In this document: piece after piece, positions 60,348 to 64,000 of the stretch
Layout of the letters: every line of letters starts with the position of its first letter
Numbering within the stretch: the stretch's first letter is position 1
From: an uncultured Acidimicrobiia bacterium
GTDB lineage: Bacteria; Actinomycetota; Acidimicrobiia; Spongiisociales; UBA5794
Length of the DNA: 64,000 nucleotides
Direction: 5' to 3'
Assembly (NCBI GenBank): GCA_963823505.1
Contig: CAWGLY010000008.1
Location: forward strand, 440,574-504,573
The notes under the pieces: generated by a model
Seen by the model: only the letters and a program-made list of their open reading frames with translations
The model's database searches: none
Told to the model about the DNA's origin: nothing
Made by a program: the position numbers and the translations under genes

Positions 60348-61735
60348 GTGACCGACAACGCAGCAAAGCCAAGTGGGTCCGACGAAAGAGCCCCCGTAGA
60401 TCAACGCGGTCGTTCGACGGCTGCCCGATGGATCGCCCTCGGCATCGGCTTGTTGCTCGTCGTGCAGGTGGCGCTCTTGGTCACCCTTCTCCGCACCAAC
60501 TCGGCGGTCACGGCCCTCCGCGATGACGTGCCACGGCGTCTGAGATCGAGCAGGCCGGGTATGCGGCCTCGGATTGGGGTGGCGATTGTGCCGCCGATGG
60601 CTCGGTGACGTTGGCCGTGGGCGACGACAAGACGTGCACGATCACCAACGACGACATTGCGCCGAAGCTGACACTGGTCAAGATCGTCGACAACGGCGCC
60701 AACCCGGGTGGCACTGCGGTTCCGACCGACTGGACGCTGACGGCGACCGGACCGACCGGATTCTCCGGTCTGACCGGCGTCATGAGTGACGCCACCTTCG
60801 TGGCGGGCAGCTATGACCTGTCTGAGACGGGACCTGCCGGCTACGTCGCCAGCGACTGGGTGTGCGTAGGTGGCACCCAGAACGCTGACACCATCACCCT
60901 TGGCCTCGGCCAAGAGGCCACGTGCACCATCACCAATACGGCGAAGGGCATGGTCACGGTCATCAAGACGTCGTCTGGCGTGCCGGCTGCAGGCTTCACG
61001 TTTGAGATCCGCGAAGGCGCATCACCGACAGAAGAGGGCGTGGTGCTTGCGTCTGACACCACTGACGCGGATGGCATCGCTGATTTTGGTGGTCTCAAGC
61101 TCGAGGCAGGCACCTACCAGCTCTGCGAAACCGGGATGATGCCGGGGTGGTCGAACACCATCGACGGCTTCACTCCGGCCGGAGCCGTGCCTGAAGGCGG
61201 AGACAACAGCACCGAATGTGTCGAGTTCACGCTCGATATCGGCGAGACCGAGGTGTTCACGGTCGACAACGTGCCACCTCCGGGTGGCGACGCCCGGACC
61301 ATCGGTTTCTGGAAGAACTGGACGTCATGCGACGGCAACGGCAATCAGGATGCGGTGCTCGACGACAACCTCCCAGTGAGCGGCTATCTCGGCGGCATCG
61401 TTGGGACGAGTTGTGAAGTGGCCGTCGACTTGCTCGACAAGCGAGATATCGCCGACCCGGACGTGGTGAATGACGGCAAGAAGATGGCCGGCGACGCTGC
61501 CTACGGGTTGGCTGCTCAGCTCCTCGCTGCGCAGCTCAACGTGAATGCCGACGCCGGGACCTGCCAGGATGCCCTGGACGCCATCGCCGCAGGCGATGCG
61601 TTGCTCGAGCTCATCGACTTTGATGGCACGGGCGGCTATCTCAAGGGCGGCAAGAATGCCGCTCTCAGGGCTGAGGCGACTGAGCTGGCGGGCATCTTGG
61701 ACGATTACAACAACAACATGCTGTGCACCCCGTGA
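60348..61735 (+). pseudogene. TM hypothetical N-terminus joined out of frame to the C-terminal part of a prealbumin-fold/SpaA-like repeat surface protein
   Basis: Frame of 60605 reads back to a TGA at 60524 as 'SEIEQAGYAASDWGGDCAADGSVTLAVGDDKTCTITND', i.e. it starts mid-repeat; ends with 'RTIGFWKNW...LAAQLLAAQLN' module. Confidence 0.6.
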
Positions 61736-61754
61736 GGTGACATGGCGACTCGAC

Positions 61755-61787
61755 ACGAGGGCCTGGCCGGTATGGCCGGGCCCTCGT
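61755..61787. terminator. Hairpin downstream of 61735 stop
   Basis: acgagggcctggcc-ggtat-ggccgggccctcgt. Confidence 0.55.
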
Positions 61788-61857
61788 CGTATCGCCATCG
61801 GCACGATCTCCGTTCAGATCTAGGCGAGGTCGAGTTCGTGAACCACCGGGAGATTCG

Positions 61858-62526
61858 ATGAACCCAGGGACCAATGCCCGGCCGCACCTCCTGGTGATCT
61901 CGGCAATCACCGTCGCGATTCTCGCCTCGTGTGGGAACGGCAACGAGTCGGTAAGCGGGGCTTCCGTCGTTCCCTCAGCCACGGAAGCCGCTGCCACGTC
62001 GGACGCACCTGAGTCCACGATGACGGCGATCGCTGCAAGGCCATCGGACCCAGTCGTGGAGTACTACGCGGCGCTCAACGCCGAGGACGTGGATCGGATA
62101 GGCCATGTGTGGCCCACCGGGAACGACGAGTTCTTCGAGATGGTCACTGGAGCCTTCCACGGAAAGGTCTCTGCCACGTGCAGTCCCGGGCAAGCCGTCG
62201 ACACCGACGTGGAATGCATCGAGGAGTGGGGCCGTCACGACTTCTACACACCGGCGGGCATCACCCCCGAATTGACGGTCATCTTCACGATCCAGGGCGG
62301 ACACATCGTTGCCCGTGACGTTGTCGGCGTCCCGACGGCAGTCGATGATTACGAGGCGGCCGTCGGCGCGTGGCTCGAGACTTCGCACCCGGATGTCTTC
62401 GCAGGGTCCTACGCCGGAAGCAGCGAAGCGCCTTTCGGCACCACAGAGGATGCGCTGGCGGTGATCGCTCTGCTGCCTGAATTCTTCGCGCAGTCGGACA
62501 CGTACCCGCTGGATGGGTCGTCCTGA
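61858..62526 (+). CDS. Lipoprotein, possible SnoaL/NTF2-like fold
   Basis: Lipobox 'ILASC'; 'VVEYYAALNAEDVD'. Confidence 0.65.
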   Translation: MNPGTNARPHLLVISAITVAILASCGNGNESVSGASVVPSATEAAATSDAPESTMTAIAARPSDPVVEYYAALNAEDVDRIGHVWPTGNDEFFEMVTGAFHGKVSATCSPGQAVDTDVECIEEWGRHDFYTPAGITPELTVIFTIQGGHIVARDVVGVPTAVDDYEAAVGAWLETSHPDVFAGSYAGSSEAPFGTTEDALAVIALLPEFFAQSDTYPLDGSS

Positions 62527-62555
62527 ATCGCCCCCAGTTGTCTCTCTTCTAGAGG

Positions 62556-63269
62556 TTGTTGACACGGGGAGAGCCTCCCGGCCCGGCACTCCGGTACGCG
62601 GAGACGATGATCGAACCCACGATCCTGCTCTCGGCCGGACACTGCCCGAACGGGTTCCGCGACTTCGAGTTCTCCGGCATGAGATTCTTCTACGAGTCCG
62701 ACGTCGACAACGGCGACAACAACTATCCATTTGCAGGTCCGAACAGCATCGAGGCGCTCGACTGGGCGGCCCATCCCGACCACGAGACCGCACCGTTCTT
62801 CGTCAACGACGTCAACGACGTCGGCGTCGTCCAGCTTGCGTCCGCGGTACCGGGGGCTTCGGAAGATGACTTCGGTGTCCTTCCTGACGTCGATCAACTC
62901 GACGTCCTCACGACACGCCGCGGGCTCCAGGACAGGACCTTCATCGCCGTCCGCTACGGGCTGCAACACATCAATCCGGTATTCGTGCAGGCAGACCGGG
63001 TCCGCATGATCGCCCACCCCCGGTTGATTCAAATCAATACGCCGGGCTTCACGGGCGACTTCTCGCTCTTGTTGTCGAACAACCATTCGACCGGTGGCAC
63101 GTGCTTCGGTGATTCCGGAGGACCCAACTTCCTCGGCGACAGCCAGGTGATTGCACGAGTGACCTCCTTCGGACTCAACGGCAACTGCGCCGGCACGGGC
63201 GGAGTGTTCCGGATGGACCGTCAGAACGTCCTCGACTTCGTCAACGAATTCGTCGACACACACACCTAG
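62556..63269 (+). pseudogene. Trypsin-like (S1) serine protease lacking its N-terminus
   Basis: Triad motifs 'LSAGHC', 'DVGVVQL', 'GTCFGDSGGP'; no signal peptide and the first beta-strands are missing. Confidence 0.7.
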
Positions 63270-63326
63270 GCAAGAGTCGCACAAGATCGAGCGAGGGCCC
63301 GCTGCCGCAGCCGGCCCTCGCTCGCG

Positions 63327-64000
63327 TCAGGTGTCCAGGCGGTAGCCGCAACGGGGCACGGTCACGATCAAGGCCGGATTCTTAGGATCCGTTTCGACCT
63401 TCTTCCGCAATCTGTAGATGTGTTCGGTCACGGTCTTGACGCTTTGCCACCCTGGTTGTGATCCCCATACTGCGCCGAGCAACTGTTGGCTGGTGAACAC
63501 AACGCCGGGGGATGCCGCCATGTAGGACAGCAAGTCGAATTCGCGTCCGCGAAGTTCGACGATGCGGCCTTCGATCCGGACGGTCCGGTGGTCTGCGTCC
63601 AACTCGAGAACTCCGGTAGGCGACTTGTTGCGTCGCACCTGCGCACCTGCGCTGCGAAGCCGCACGCGGGCGATCAGCTCACGTTCGGAGGCGGGCCAAT
63701 TCATGCAATCGTCCGCACCGAGCTCCAGGCACGCTCCTGCAAGATCGGAGTCGCCGTCGGTGAGAAGGAGGACGGGGACGTCTGCATGGCGGCGGACGTG
63801 ACTCAGCGTGTCCATCGGTGTCGCCCGGTTGCTACGCACGTCCGCGATGACGAGGCTCACGGCTTCGCGCTTCACGACGCGTGCAGCGTCGATACCGCTG
63901 GATACCAAACGGACGAGGATGTCCTCCTCCTTGTGCAACGCCGCCATCAATCGAGCAGCAACCTCGGTGTCAGTTGAATACACCAACACGAAGTGTTCGC
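63327..64000 (-). CDS. OmpR-family response regulator with atypical receiver (may extend beyond window)
   Basis: Winged helix 'LRGREFDLL', 'VWG', 'TVTEHIYRLRKKVE', 'IVTVPRCGY'; receiver has 'DDCMNWP' where DDYxxKP is expected. Confidence 0.8.
   Translation of the reverse strand, partial: EHFVLVYSTDTEVAARLMAALHKEEDILVRLVSSGIDAARVVKREAVSLVIADVRSNRATPMDTLSHVRRHADVPVLLLTDGDSDLAGACLELGADDCMNWPASERELIARVRLRSAGAQVRRNKSPTGVLELDADHRTVRIEGRIVELRGREFDLLSYMAASPGVVFTSQQLLGAVWGSQPGWQSVKTVTEHIYRLRKKVETDPKNPALIVTVPRCGYRLDT

Noticed and set aside
1-64000. tRNA, rRNA, IS transposase, integrase or prophage genes
   Set aside because: No T-loop/anticodon cloverleaf, rRNA signature, DDE/tyrosine-recombinase motif or phage structural gene recognised by eye; tRNAscan/ISEScan would be definitive

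Overview
High-GC actinobacterial chromosome segment, most likely class Acidimicrobiia. That assignment is inferred from the 'GCNPP..DRYCP...VTRGQMAAFL' S-layer-homology variant, DUF3039, the DUF222-HNH gene, an MprAB-like two-component system and many apparently leaderless starts. About 45 genes are supported. Housekeeping genes: zwf-gnd, a SAM-I-riboswitch-led osmC-like/metY/CoA-binding operon, M13 peptidase, a polar amino-acid ABC transporter, aldo-keto reductase, SDR, xylB, glycerate kinase, lhgO, a GNAT and a thioesterase. Envelope genes: FG-GAP/SLH protein, two ~8 kb repeat-rich surface-protein genes, a MacAB-like exporter with a peptidoglycan-binding adaptor, and a BON-OmpA protein. No rRNA, tRNA, CRISPR array or IS transposase was seen. 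The most interesting items are: (1) an uncharacterised Pol-beta-type nucleotidyltransferase in an operon with a DEDDh exonuclease; (2) a DUF559 nuclease gene bracketed by direct repeats and palindromes, like a small mobile cassette; (3) a CHAT caspase-like protease joined to a TM helix and a PASTA domain; (4) an orphan ORF with an 'ALLGSPNG...WLLIQH' domain I associate with fungal secreted proteins; (5) three arrays of 11-bp-phased TCTCAG boxes that suggest a local MprAB-like regulon. Apparent frameshifts cluster at 8.5-25.9 kb and may be long-read consensus errors, so 'pseudogene' calls there are provisional. All calls come from manual motif recognition; no database searches were run.
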